Origin: Carcharhinus longimanus
Taxonomy: Eukaryota
Reading direction: 5' to 3'
Assembly: GCA_030264375.1 (NCBI GenBank)
Contig: JASCQW010000027.1
Span: 63,321,372-63,385,371, forward strand
DNA length: 64,000 nucleotides
The position numbers and the translations under genes are program-made. The notes under the pieces are model-generated. The model saw only the letters and a list, made by a program, of their open reading frames with translations. It was not told the DNA's origin and did no database searches. Positions 37,601-44,329 of this stretch are shown in pieces (position 1 is the stretch's first letter; each line of letters opens with the position of its first letter).

Positions 37601-40600
37601 AGCCTGCACCCTGTCCTTGGGTAAACTAAAGTTCCTAAGTAGGGCCACTTAAAGGCCTTTTACCCCTACCACTAGTATTTTATGCAGTGAAGATGCCCAA
37701 GCCACAGGGCAATGTGAGGTTGCTCAATAAACCCTAGTGATCTGGTAATAGACTAAGGAGCAGGCACTCTGGTGAGCATCCTGTGCCAATGGCAGCACCC
37801 CACCCTAATGGAAAGGCACACTCCTGATTGTTTCCCCACCTTCCACTGGTAAGTCTCCCAATCATAGCCCCTGCACCACAATCACCACACAACCCCATCC
37901 CCCATGTATTTCTATTACTGAAGTGCTTCAAATCATCCGATCGTGGAGTAACTCTTAAAAGTGGGACATCTTCCCATGTACTGGTGGAAGTCACAGCCTC
38001 AAGCCATGAATTGTCTGAGGGCTATAACATACGGCTGTAGCTTCCTCACCTCTGACTTTCCAACTAGTGAGTGGGGCCATCAACTCCACAGAAAACTCTA
38101 GCCTGAAAGAGATTTGGGATCAAACTTTGAGGTAGCAGTAAAGAACCCCATAATTCCAGTATCACCCTGATGTTCTTTTCTGGTCCTTCCCTAATGCACA
38201 GATGTTCTTTTGATGTAGCCCAAACTTTTCCCTTGTGGCCTCACTGATGCCCAAAGTTAAGAATAACTGATTTTGGTTTGGCTCAAGTGTCTTTTAAATA
38301 AATGCAAATTTATAGTTAGCTCTGTGTACAATCTACTGCTTGAGGCTTATTCCATTACAGCAATTAATATTTGTCCACAGTGCACATATTAGTTTGATGA
38401 TTGCTCCATGCGAACTGACAACATGCTGAGCCTCTTACTGCTCTATGTTCTCTTGTATCATTTCAGTTGCACGTTATAGGGTTGGAACAGATTTACGAAT
38501 CGAGTTTGATTTCCGTACTTCTCAAAGAGATGCTGTGTTGCTGGGGATCAGCAGTCAGAGTGTGGATGGACTGGGCATTGAATTAGTCAATGGAAAAGTA
38601 AGTTCTAACTACAATAGAAAATGCTTTGATTGATTGTACGATGAGGAGGATTATATTGATGCATTACATGACCTGTTGGAACACAATGGGAAATGTTTAA
38701 TTATTGCAACAAAAGTGCTCAAAATATCTTTTTTAAATGATGATGTCAGTGACTTTCGAAAAGATCTCATGGAATTTTCTACCCAAAAAATATTAAGTGT
38801 CATAATGTCAAGAATACCAGAACGATACATACCATTATGTCAGACACGCTCTGGACTGCAATCAGCCCATACTCAGTCACTTTTTGGGAGAGTAGTGACT
38901 TATGCACCAGAACTGAGGGGGCCTAAACATGCCAGTGAGCCTGGCTGCAGAGCGCATGGATGCCATTTCACAAGGGGGCCTGAATCTCTCCAGTGCATTG
39001 GGAGACATCCCCCGCCCCCACCACTGACATCAGAAATCCTCCTCATTGGTGGCNNNNNNNNNNNNNNNNNNNNNNNNNNNNNNNNNNNNNNNNNNNNNNN
39101 NNNNNNNNNNNNNNNNNNNNNNNNNNNNNNNNNNNNNNNNNNNNNNNNNNNNNNNNNNNNNNNNNNNNNNNNNNNNNNNNNNNNNNNNNNNNNNNNNNNN
39201 NNNNNNNNNNNNNNNNNNNNNNNNNNNNNNNNNNNNNNNNNNNNNCCCATTTAGGCCCCTCCTCCACTCAGGTCCCACCTCCTTGGCACTGCCCTGGCTC
39301 ACTGGCAGTGCCCAACTGGTTTGCACCATTAGAAAGGGATTAGGATGATTGCAAACTGTTTGGTGCCAGATGCAAAGTTGATTTTTAGATCCACACGCTA
39401 TATTCTGGGAATCAGTGTGATCTGCACCAGGAACGGCGAAGGCCAGAAATTTGTTCCCTCCCCCATCAATGTTTTGCTGATACTTTATCTTTTCATTTTA
39501 CAATGCAGATATATGTTTACGTTGACAATGGAGCTGGTATATTTTCAGCTGTCTATGACCCTCCACACTTCAATGGGTTGTGTCAAAGACATTGGCACAG
39601 TGTTGTGGTCAATAAAATTAAATACCGTTTGGAGCTGATAGTTGATGGAGAGAAGGTAGAAAGCAGAAGCGCAAGTGTAACCTCCACTGCAACTGACACC
39701 AATGATCCTATCTTTGTTGGAGGATATCCAGGTATGCACCAACTGACTGCATCGTGGATATGTAACACAGAAGTGATTAAGAAATGTGGACATCACTTCC
39801 AATGAGTAAAACCAATGTTAGGACTGATAGCAGGGTGTAGTTTTTCACTCAGAAGGTCATCAATGCATGAAGAAATCTCCTTGATAGAGCAATGAAGGCA
39901 AAACTCAGGGATCATTTTGGCAATTATTGAATACTGCACTGGAGTCTGGATGAGTGGACTGAAAAGCCTTTTTCATTTAGAATTATCTTCCGATTTAAAA
40001 AGGTCTTAGATTAATACACATTGTTTTGTTTAAAATTAAAGTTTAAAAGAGAAATATAAGTATAATAACAATCTGAGGAAGGTGATGGAATTGTGGTAAT
40101 GTCACTGGACCAGTGATCCAGATGCCCAGGCTAAAGCTCAGGGAGTACGGGTTCAATTCATAAATCTGGAATTAAAAAGCTAGTCTCAGTAACAATGACC
40201 ATGAAATCTTTGTTGATTGAAACCCATCCGGTTCACAAATATCTTTCAGGAAAGGAAATCTGCCCTCTTTACCTAGTCTGGCCTACATGTGACTCCTGCA
40301 ATGTAGTTGACTCATAAATGCCCTCTGAAACAACCCAGCAAACTATCCAGTTGTATCGGACTGCTACAAAGTCTACTAAGGAGAATTAAAACAAATGTGT
40401 CACCCAGCATCGACCCGGGAACTGAAAAAAACAATGGCCAACCCAGCCTTGCCGACCCTGCAAAGTCCTTCATAGTAACATCTGGGGGTTTGAAGTCTTA
40501 CAGCACCAGTTCAAAAATGGGCAAGGAAACTTCCTGCTGGTTATCATCCTCAGCTGATGAATCAATACTCCTCCATATTTAACACAAGTTGGAGGAAGCA

Positions 40601-42354
40601 CCAAGAGTGACTGGGGCACAGAATGTATTCTGGGTAGGGGACTTCAATGTCCGTCAGTAAGAGTGACTTAGCACCACTACTGATTGAGCTGACATAGCTG
40701 CTAGACTGAGTCCGAGGCAAGTGGTGTGGGAGCCAAAATGAGGGAAAAATCTACTTGATCCTATCCTCACCGATCTACTTTTTGCAGGTGTCCAGTGCAG
40801 TATTAGTAGGAGTGACCACTGTGCAGTCCTTTTGGCCTCAAAGTCCCATATTTATATTGAAAATACCCTCAATTGTGCTGTGTGGCGTTAGCATGGAATC
40901 TCTACAGTGCAAAAGGATAGGATAGTGAATCTTCCTCTTATACATAACTACAGGATGCATAATTGTTGTATGGTTTTAAGTAGCACTGCCAAAACGGGCT
41001 ACCTCATACGAAAGGCATTGCATTGTGGTGTATTGATTACTTGAGCAAATCAAGGTCCAGATTTTGCAATCAATGACAAAGCATGGGCACTCACCACTGA
41101 AGAAAACTGCAGCATGTGATCTAGCGAGCCCTATGTTGAGATTTTTTACCCCTCTTAATATGCAATTGATTGTAGCCTTGTTTAATGGGGAATCCCAGCA
41201 TCATGCTGCAGTAAATTCACCAACTAATCACATTAACATATTCTTACAGACAAAAAAAATAGAAAGCACTAATAATCAAGTTATCTTTCCAGGGAGCAGA
41301 ATAGATGTTGGGATTTACATATTGGGTTAATATAGAAACTGAAATACCATGAACCAGCTTTCATTATTTAAAACAGCTGATTTAAAAATCTGGTAGTTAA
41401 TTATGACAGAGACTTTTAGTAACATTCCACAAATCTAAAATTAAAAACCAAGTTACACCTCGTTGGACAAAGCTTTACATTTTATATTGTTTCCAACAGT
41501 AACATGAAAGCAGCCAAAATGAAGTTCTGATTGGATCAATTAATTTTGCCGATTGTCATCTCCGAGGGGGTCACAAGCACAGCAGTGACAGTAATGAATA
41601 ACAGACTGCAACCTCTATTTCTGCATTAGGCTGATCTTGTGCTAAATCCTGATGTTTCTGAAAGATTTAGAAAGGCAATGGTGGTGAATGCTGGCAGTTA
41701 GCCATCAAAGACCCACAAATCAAGCGCCCATATGTTTGCTTTGACTGAGTCAAGAAATTCCAGTGAATCTGGACAAACTTCACTGAAGTTAATGGCACAT
41801 TATATTAGGGATATCTGCATAATACGTCACAATTAGTGGTGAATGGCAGTGCTATAAACAGAGAGGCAAATTGATCAGTCATTCAAACATTTGTGATAAT
41901 ATAGATTCCCTTCAGTGTTGTACTGCCTAACATAAATAAAATAGAAAACAAGACAAATAAGAGCATAATAACAAGAATACACTTTCCCTGGCTTGCCTAT
42001 TGATCTGTTGAAATATTAACTTCCCTGCTCTCTCTACAGATTTTGACTAACCTTCATCCAGCACTTTACACATATTGTCCTTGTTCATTGTCAGATTTCT
42101 AGCAAGTGCAATTCATTTTTTTTGCCTTAATCATGACAAGTTGTCTTTTGCAGTGACTTCCCTGCATACATACCAAGTAACATGTTTTTAAATCAATTTC
42201 AGATGACATGAAACAGTTGGCATTGACCATTAATACTCCTTTCAAGGGTTGCATACGTAATCTGAAACTGACAAAAGGAACACAGACTCTAGAAGTTGAC
42301 TTCAGCAAAGCAGTCGAGCTACAAGGAGTTCAACCTCTTACCTGTCCTGCATAA
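1497..42354 (+). CDS. LAMA2: Laminin subunit alpha-2, 3' part (end of LG1 to LG5), 19 coding exons, 5'-partial
   Basis: Manually spliced exons have GT-AG ends and compatible phases, giving 2781 nt open to TAA. Peptides match recalled vertebrate LAMA2 (FLWDVGSGVGRVEYPDL, RRKRRQTGQ, ARINHADFAT, GVQP.TCPA). Most exon lengths equal recalled human exons 47-65. Confidence 0.97.
1877..3771. mobile_element. LTR-like segment (begins TGTAACA) interrupted by a CR1 insertion
   Basis: TGT start and noncoding composition similar to 35268-36297. Boundaries and TSD not confirmed. Confidence 0.3.
2753..3605 (-). mobile_element. CR1 LINE 3' fragment (ORF2 C-terminus plus tail)
   Basis: Minus strand encodes a decayed RPHLEY motif (3262-3280); tail repeat cacagaatcataga at the left end. 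Confidence 0.85.
4631..4711. repeat. 38-bp tandem duplication (about 2.1 copies)
   Basis: GCTTG recurs at 4631, 4669 and 4707; shared unit GCTTG..ATTTCC.TTGACAACTTGA.A.TTCCAA. Confidence 0.8.
5432..5567. mobile_element. PIF/Harbinger-type MITE
   Basis: TIRs GGGTGGGATTTTCC / GGAAAATTCCCCCC; flanks TCT / ACT. Confidence 0.7.
5740..6340 (+). mobile_element. Old CR1 LINE 3' fragment with a MITE inserted in its tail
   Basis: ERVQRRF.R and LNRLELFS-like remnants; tail ATGGCCGAAATG..CCTTCTGTGC. Confidence 0.75.
6241..6324. mobile_element. 84-bp PIF/Harbinger-type MITE with 3-bp TSD (TCT)
   Basis: TIRs GGCTGGGATTTTAC / GTAAAATTCTGGCC; TCT on both flanks. Confidence 0.75.
6636..6795 (+). CDS. LAMA2: LAMA2 exon (LG1; ~exon 48), 160 nt
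   Basis: aaaag|G...GTGAGG|gtatgg; FRRNGTISVRALDGPRASIMPATYSAVSPEGYTILDVDENAYLFVGGLTGEVR. An alternative in-frame AG lies 6 nt downstream. Confidence 0.93.
6975..7450 (-). mobile_element. Deu-domain SINE interrupted by a + strand CR1 tail (~7080-7157)
   Basis: AAGGGATAAATGTTAGTCAGGA..GGGGAAAACTC is the reverse complement of the Deu core; SINE tail at 6975-7010. Confidence 0.7.
8991..9115 (+). CDS. LAMA2: LAMA2 exon (end of LG1; ~exon 49), 125 nt
   Basis: tttaag|AAA...GTGAG|gtatgt; KSDVVKTTTFSGCMGETSLDRKPIGLWNYRDRQGECKGCVVS. Confidence 0.96.
9235..9510 (+). mobile_element. Old copy of the tRNA-headed SINE (family of 63457-63800)
   Basis: Shares CAGACCCACAGCA..G..ACTCTTAACTG...CCACTCAGTTCAAGGG.AAT with the other copies. 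Confidence 0.7.
9674..9836 (+). CDS. LAMA2: LAMA2 exon (start of LG2; ~exon 50), 163 nt
   Basis: taaag|C...GATCTG|gtaaat; PQPTDTEGTVQFDGEGYAAVGRPTRWNPNVSAIVFKFRTFTSDALLMYLATKDL. Confidence 0.96.
9946..10090 (+). CDS. LAMA2: LAMA2 exon (LG2; ~exon 51), 145 nt
   Basis: aacag|AGA...CAAG|gtgtgc; RDFMSVELADGRIKVRYDLGSGAVNVTSRGRHNDGKWKSFTLSRILKQ. Confidence 0.96.
10176..10314 (+). CDS. LAMA2: LAMA2 exon (LG2; ~exon 52), 139 nt
   Basis: ggcag|CA...TTAAG|gtacat; ANISIRDIINNKEESLVVISPGTNFGLNLKADEKIYFGGLPILQNL. Confidence 0.96.
11432..11541 (+). mobile_element. 3' part of a probable LTR nested in CR1
   Basis: AATAAA, then a CpG-retaining U5-like segment ending GTTAACA. The 5' part is lost in the N gap. 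Confidence 0.4.
12331..12642 (+). mobile_element. V-SINE (HE1-like head and body, non-CR1 tail)
   Basis: tRNA-like A/B boxes (GGTTCGAATCC), V-domain GGAGTTTGCATATTCTCC..GTGTCTGC, tail GTAACTTCATTGCAG...TGTGACACT. Confidence 0.85.
13050..14410. mobile_element. GC-rich non-autonomous Harbinger-like element with nested HE1 SINE
   Basis: Shares GTGCCAAGGTGCC..GGGCA and GAGCATTGC/CATGTGCA-type blocks with 27748-28450 and 38770-39465. Boundaries approximate. Confidence 0.55.
13966..14216 (+). mobile_element. HE1 SINE (5'-truncated) with CR1/HER1 tail
   Basis: V-domain, GGCCACGCTAAATTGCCCCTTAGTGTC, tail CCAAATGGCCTCCTTCTGTACTGTA. Confidence 0.9.
14865..15105. mobile_element. Penelope-like palindromic terminal-repeat element
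   Basis: Inverted arms AAAATGTTGGAAACACTCAGC / GCTGAATGTTCCCAGAACTTT around a degenerate CTGATAA core. Confidence 0.65.
15658..15845. mobile_element. Penelope-like palindromic element with hammerhead-like core
   Basis: GCAAAATAGCACAGATGCTGGAAATCTGAAA ... CTGATGAAAGGTCACAGATCTGAAAAGTTAACTC ... TTTTCAGCATCTTCAGTTTATGTTTCAG. Confidence 0.7.
15926..15937 (+). CDS. LAMA2: LAMA2 12-nt microexon (S-M-K-A-R; ~exon 53)
   Basis: Long pyrimidine tract, then tccag|TATGAAGGCCAG|gtaagg. Phase 2-2; restores the LSMKARPEV peptide recalled for human LAMA2. Confidence 0.9.
16598..16724. mobile_element. PIF/Harbinger-type MITE
   Basis: TGGAATTTTCC ... AGAAAACCCTGCCC; internal GTTGACCTTGGGTGGAATTTT matches the reverse of 47584-47707. 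Confidence 0.65.
16730..17215 (-). mobile_element. Old CR1 fragment
   Basis: Decayed CR1 ORF2 C-terminal sequence on the minus strand (CCCCAGAATGGGACACAGTCCTCCAATTGAGGTC). Confidence 0.6.
18205..18425 (-). mobile_element. LINE 3' end whose tail matches the tRNA-headed SINE
   Basis: Minus strand reads SFIVTVPKSWNSLHNSSVGDPTPGGLQQLMVAAYHHLLKGN, overlapping the tail AAGGGCAAT..TGGGCAACAAATGCTTGCCTTGCCAGTGATGCTCAAATCCCA. Confidence 0.75.
18430..18730 (+). pseudogene. PIF/Harbinger transposase remnant (C-terminal DDE region)
   Basis: YSEAHATTQVVIEQTIMMLK...CLD...KVSKIIVNCC then an acidic tail; contains stops and frameshifts. Confidence 0.75.
19479..19599 (+). CDS. LAMA2: LAMA2 exon (end of LG2; ~exon 54), 121 nt
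   Basis: tacag|G...TTGGAG|gtttga; PEVNLKKYSGCLRDIEISQSPYNLLSGADYLGLTKGCILE. Confidence 0.96.
19751..19927 (+). CDS. LAMA2: LAMA2 exon (LG3 with RRKRR furin site; ~exon 55), 177 nt
   Basis: gatag|AAT...GGACAG|gtgttg; NVYTVSFHKPGFVELQPHSLNIGTEISFSFSTKNETGMILYGSGKASAQIRRKRRQTGQ. Confidence 0.96.
20337..20485 (+). CDS. LAMA2: LAMA2 exon (LG3; ~exon 56), 149 nt
   Basis: aacag|GTA...AAAGG|gtatga; VYYAVFLNRGRLEVHISTGMREHRRVTIKPESGVYNDGKEHSVRLQRSKG. Confidence 0.96.
20808..21045. repeat. Degenerate ~31-bp minisatellite, about 8 units
   Basis: Recurring CCCAGCTGAC.ACTATGT.CCCCA.TGCTGT. Confidence 0.8.
21280..21456 (+). CDS. LAMA2: LAMA2 exon (LG3; ~exon 57), 177 nt
   Basis: gtcag|G...TCAGT|gtaagt; LLIVQVNEERAQRQRLPSDLPLNIKRLFVGGVPVSFQVSQLRSITHFEGCIWNLVINSV. 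Confidence 0.96.
22186..22323. mobile_element. PIF/Harbinger-type MITE
   Basis: TIR-like ends GGGTGGATTTTCC / GGGGAATCCGACCC. Confidence 0.55.
22761..22920 (+). CDS. LAMA2: LAMA2 exon (end of LG3 plus hinge; ~exon 58), 160 nt
   Basis: tttag|A...GCTCCA|gtaagt; PLDFAQPVSFEHADIGRCPTLKHSKRPPDEETETAEITVKPITELKIIPTPAP. Confidence 0.94.
24012..24235 (-). mobile_element. tRNA-derived SINE (separate family)
   Basis: Minus-strand head GGGTCAGTTTACCTCAGTTGGCTGG...GGTTCAATTCCCGTACCAGC (A/B boxes); tail GGGACTACGATAGCGACTTTATCTTTAT. Confidence 0.75.
24714..24773 (+). CDS. LAMA2: Candidate additional/alternative 60-nt LAMA2 hinge exon
   Basis: Branch-point-like GCTAAC at 24679-24684, pyrimidine tract, then ttag|GAT...CTG|gtatct. 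Phase 0-0 and stop-free: DVHLSELRNSKLATDHGPIL. No homology support available. Confidence 0.5.
26281..26370. repeat. AT-rich degenerate tandem repeat
   Basis: Recurring ATATACTAATGTAA units. Confidence 0.8.
27124..27236 (+). CDS. LAMA2: LAMA2 exon (start of LG4; ~exon 59), 113 nt
   Basis: ggtag|AAT...ACTAG|gtaaca; NACAVDLPPVTLLKAKRFGLSKNSHVAMEFDDTKVKTR. Confidence 0.95.
27748..28450. mobile_element. GC-rich non-autonomous Harbinger-like element
   Basis: Starts GGCTGATATTCTCCCAAAAA; shares internal blocks with 13050-14410 and 38770-39465. Confidence 0.55.
28956..29145 (+). CDS. LAMA2: LAMA2 exon (LG4; ~exon 60), 190 nt
   Basis: tacag|G...CATAAG|gtaata; LIIEFEIQTKAESGLVFYMARINHADFATIQIKDGMAHFSYDLGSGNASTVVQKKINDGEWHK. 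Confidence 0.96.
30335..30605 (+). mobile_element. Deu-domain SINE
   Basis: GCACTATTTCAAAG..GGAGTTCTCCTGG...CCTCAACCAACAC...CATTGCTGTTTGTG...TTTGGGATGTCCTGAG. Confidence 0.75.
30660..30955 (+). mobile_element. CR1 3' fragment
   Basis: GAGGAAAACATTTTTGCCCAGAGGGTGGTG...GGCTGAATGGCCTAATTCT tail. Confidence 0.7.
30987..31142 (+). CDS. LAMA2: LAMA2 exon (LG4; ~exon 61), 156 nt
   Basis: tgtag|GTC...GGCCGT|gtaagt; VRIVRERKRVTVTIGLNVATTVSPKTADILDVVGMIYIGGLPKNYTTRRIGR. Confidence 0.96.
32550..32850 (+). mobile_element. V-SINE (same tail subfamily as 12331-12642)
   Basis: CAGTAGCACAGTGGTTGGCACTGCTGCC head, V-domain, tail CAACTTCATTGCAGTGTTAATCTAAGCCTACTTGTGACACTAATAAA. Confidence 0.85.
33544..33697 (+). 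CDS. LAMA2: LAMA2 exon (LG4/LG5; ~exon 62), 154 nt
   Basis: cacag|GTA...GCAG|gtaaaa; VVYSIDACIRNFKLNNKTFDLDEPTSSLDVGVCFLNSQSGNYFDGTGFAKA. Confidence 0.96.
34262..34480 (-). mobile_element. Deu-domain SINE, 3' half
   Basis: GCATTTTTATAGCACCTTTCA...CATCCCAAGGC...GCAAGGTCCTACAAA...GTTGAGGGATCAATATTGGC. Confidence 0.75.
35268..36297. mobile_element. Solo-LTR-like element
   Basis: Termini TGTGAGAAGG...CCTTACA, flanks TCAA/TAAA (imperfect 4-bp TSD), about 1 kb, noncoding. Confidence 0.4.
36750..37425 (-). mobile_element. Rex1/Babar-like LINE 3' fragment
   Basis: Minus-strand ORFs: VESFKFLGIQIT.NLSWSLHTDATVKKAQQCLYFLRKLREF; FYRCTIESILSGFITSCYG; LKNSFFPAAIRLLN. Confidence 0.85.
38467..38597 (+). 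CDS. LAMA2: LAMA2 exon (LG5; ~exon 63), 131 nt
   Basis: ttcag|TT...GGAAAA|gtaagt; VARYRVGTDLRIEFDFRTSQRDAVLLGISSQSVDGLGIELVNGK. Confidence 0.96.
38770..39465. mobile_element. GC-rich non-autonomous Harbinger-like element (gap inside)
   Basis: TGGAATTTTCTACCCAAAAAA start; ends near GGCCAGAAATTTGTTCCC; similar to 27748-28450. Confidence 0.55.
39509..39731 (+). CDS. LAMA2: LAMA2 exon (LG5; ~exon 64), 223 nt
   Basis: tgcag|ATA...CCAG|gtatgc; IYVYVDNGAGIFSAVYDPPHFNGLCQRHWHSVVVNKIKYRLELIVDGEKVESRSASVTSTATDTNDPIFVGGYP. Confidence 0.96.
40075..40890 (+). mobile_element. LINE 5' fragment: tRNA-like head and SINE body fused to an APE endonuclease remnant
   Basis: 40075-40352 matches the SINE at 63457. 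It is followed by CKVLHSNIWG (40459), AQNVFWVGDFNV (GDFNV 40637-40651), GKNLLDPILTDL (40742) and SDH (40811). Confidence 0.8.
42203..42354 (+). CDS. LAMA2: LAMA2 terminal coding exon (end of LG5; ~exon 65)
   Basis: ttcag|AT; DMKQLALTINTPFKGCIRNLKLTKGTQTLEVDFSKAVELQGVQPLTCPA*, TAA at 42352-42354. Confidence 0.96.
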
Positions 42355-42580
42355 TGGAATCCACTGGTGTGTTTCAAGCAAAGATGAAAGTATATGATTC
42401 AAAATAAGCCTATATATCTTGTACATGGCAGAAATATTTTTAATGAGGCAAATTAAACAGTACCTTCATGTTATGGTAGTACTATTTTTTCCATTGTACG
42501 AATGAAACCTTATCACTATAAATATTTTTTCCATTTTCAATTATTCATCAAAATTAAAATCAGTGCTCTTTTTGTCTTGC
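42355..42580 (+). terminator. LAMA2 3'UTR with candidate ATTAAA poly(A) signals (42452-42457, 42553-42558)
   Basis: AT-rich sequence after the stop. The second ATTAAA is followed by T/GT-rich sequence. True cleavage site unknown. Confidence 0.5.
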
Positions 42581-43869
42581 AGAAGACCCTTATTATTTGC
42601 ATTATGTAGAGTCCCCACTGAACTTGCTTCTTTTGTGTGTGTAAGAATGTAATGCATGGCGTGAAATACAGTACAAATACTACAGTAAATGCCTCTTTAA
42701 AGTGAAAGTATTACTTCTTCTGTTTGGGGGAGACTTGGAATTTGCAGGAACCGTTATTTATCACCCTTAAGACAATGTCTTTAACATGACCAGAAAAGGT
42801 TCTTAAATGTAGCCCTATTAGAGTCATTTCCATCTGACTTCATTTAAAAAAAAAATGTTATTTAGGTACCATAGGGACTACTAATTCTTTGGAATCTGAA
42901 AATTATGTGGATGTAGTATGCAATGAAATACTACTTCAGGAGACAATGCATACCATCTAAATTTTAGCCCAATTTAAGTTTACTAGGGATAATGACCTCT
43001 GTGCAATGCTCTATTATTAATAATTTGCAAGACATCCATTTGTTTTCAAAAAATCCATTCACTGATAAACAAGCAACAAACCCTTGGCAACACTGACAAA
43101 AACATCTGCGTTTGGGATAATTAGGAAGACAAAAATGTGGGGAATAAACTAGAGCACAAGCTGTCAGCAGAAGATTATGCTTTCGGCACACCAGTGAGAA
43201 GCATCCATGATCCCTTGCAACAGTGACAGCGGCTGTAGTCTCTGAGAGACAGAACAAATTAGGCAACTAGATGCAGAAAGAACAACTATAGATGCTGGCA
43301 TGTGATAGCATTATGGGCATCTGAATGAGATCAAATGCTGCAGGATTCTAGGAATGACTGCCAGGAGGAACTGGTGGGATCATTTTGGAGATATGCCAAT
43401 ATAAAATGGAGATGTATACAGGGAAGGCCAGGGCTGGTACATCTGTCGCTCGAGACTTCAGATCATGGAAGGACCCTTGCAGAGGTGAGTGACGGTGGGA
43501 GGGGGTGTAGGGGATAAGCATCAAAGGCTGTACACTGGGGGCACTGGGAATGATTCACTTGCTCTTGTTCAAATTATTGCCATGTGATCTTACATGTCCA
43601 TCCAAGTAGACAATTAGGGCCTCATCACAACTGAAAGATAATGGGCAGAATTTGATGGTGGCACCAGTAATGGGAACAAAAGTTAGTGCCAGGTTCCTGG
43701 TGTCGGGATGAAAATTCCAAATTAAATCGGCACTGGCTTGGAGATAGATTAGAGTTTCTATCAGTAAGTGAGCAATCAACTTATAATATATTAACATGTC
43801 ATGAATGCTCAATTAAAAAAAAAGTTTGCCAGATTAAATGGTAACTTTCCAATTAAGGCAGTGGTACGC

Positions 43870-44295
43870 TTGAAAGACAAATTGACGTGGACAAATAATA
43901 TCTGAGAGGCAGTGTCAGAGACAGCGGAGGCTATTAAGGAAGTCAACCCATGTCAGGTCCTTCATTAAGACCCATTTCCCCTCATGGAATGAGAGATGAT
44001 CCTATTTCCCTCATGAAAAAAGAGATGATCCTATTTCCCTCATGGAATGAGAGATGATGCTATGCCAATATCCTTAAAAGTCAGCACAATATTAAAGTTC
44101 TCAGCCCTCACATTGTTCTAGGGCTTCACGGCACATGNNNNNNNNNNCTGATGCGCTGTTTAAGAGAGCAGACGAATTTGTGCGATTCGCCATGGACCTC
44201 TGAGCCTGGCAGCCAGAGCTGTGGGATTTGGTAACATTGCAGGCTTCTCCCAAGTATACAAGGTTATCAATTACACACATGTTGCTGAAAGCTGC
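43870..44295 (+). pseudogene. PIF/Harbinger transposase remnant (N-terminal to central region)
   Basis: AMPISLKVSTILKFSA; DALFKRADEFVRFAMD; ARAVGFGNIAGFSQVYKVINYTHVA (cf. IAGFPxVQGxIDCTHV). Confidence 0.75.
43973..44060. repeat. 29-bp tandem repeat, 3 copies
   Basis: CTATTTCCCTCATGGAATGAGAGATGATC units at about 43973, 44002 and 44031. Confidence 0.9.
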
Positions 44296-44329
44296 CTGAA
44301 AACAGCCTACAGCATTGATAAGATTTCAT

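Noticed and set aside
38634-39254. Longest listed ORF (206 aa) and other ORFs with X runs
   Set aside because: The length comes from read-through of N gaps and GC-rich repeat sequence; there is no protein motif.
1497-42354. Assignment to LAMA1 or another laminin alpha chain
   Set aside because: The RRKRR insert, the SMKAR microexon and the exon lengths match recalled LAMA2.
43000-43550. Purine-rich stretch after the 3'UTR, possibly a retroelement or extra exon (it has a GAG|gtgagt donor-like site)
   Set aside because: I could not read a convincing protein motif or matching acceptor, so it is left unannotated.
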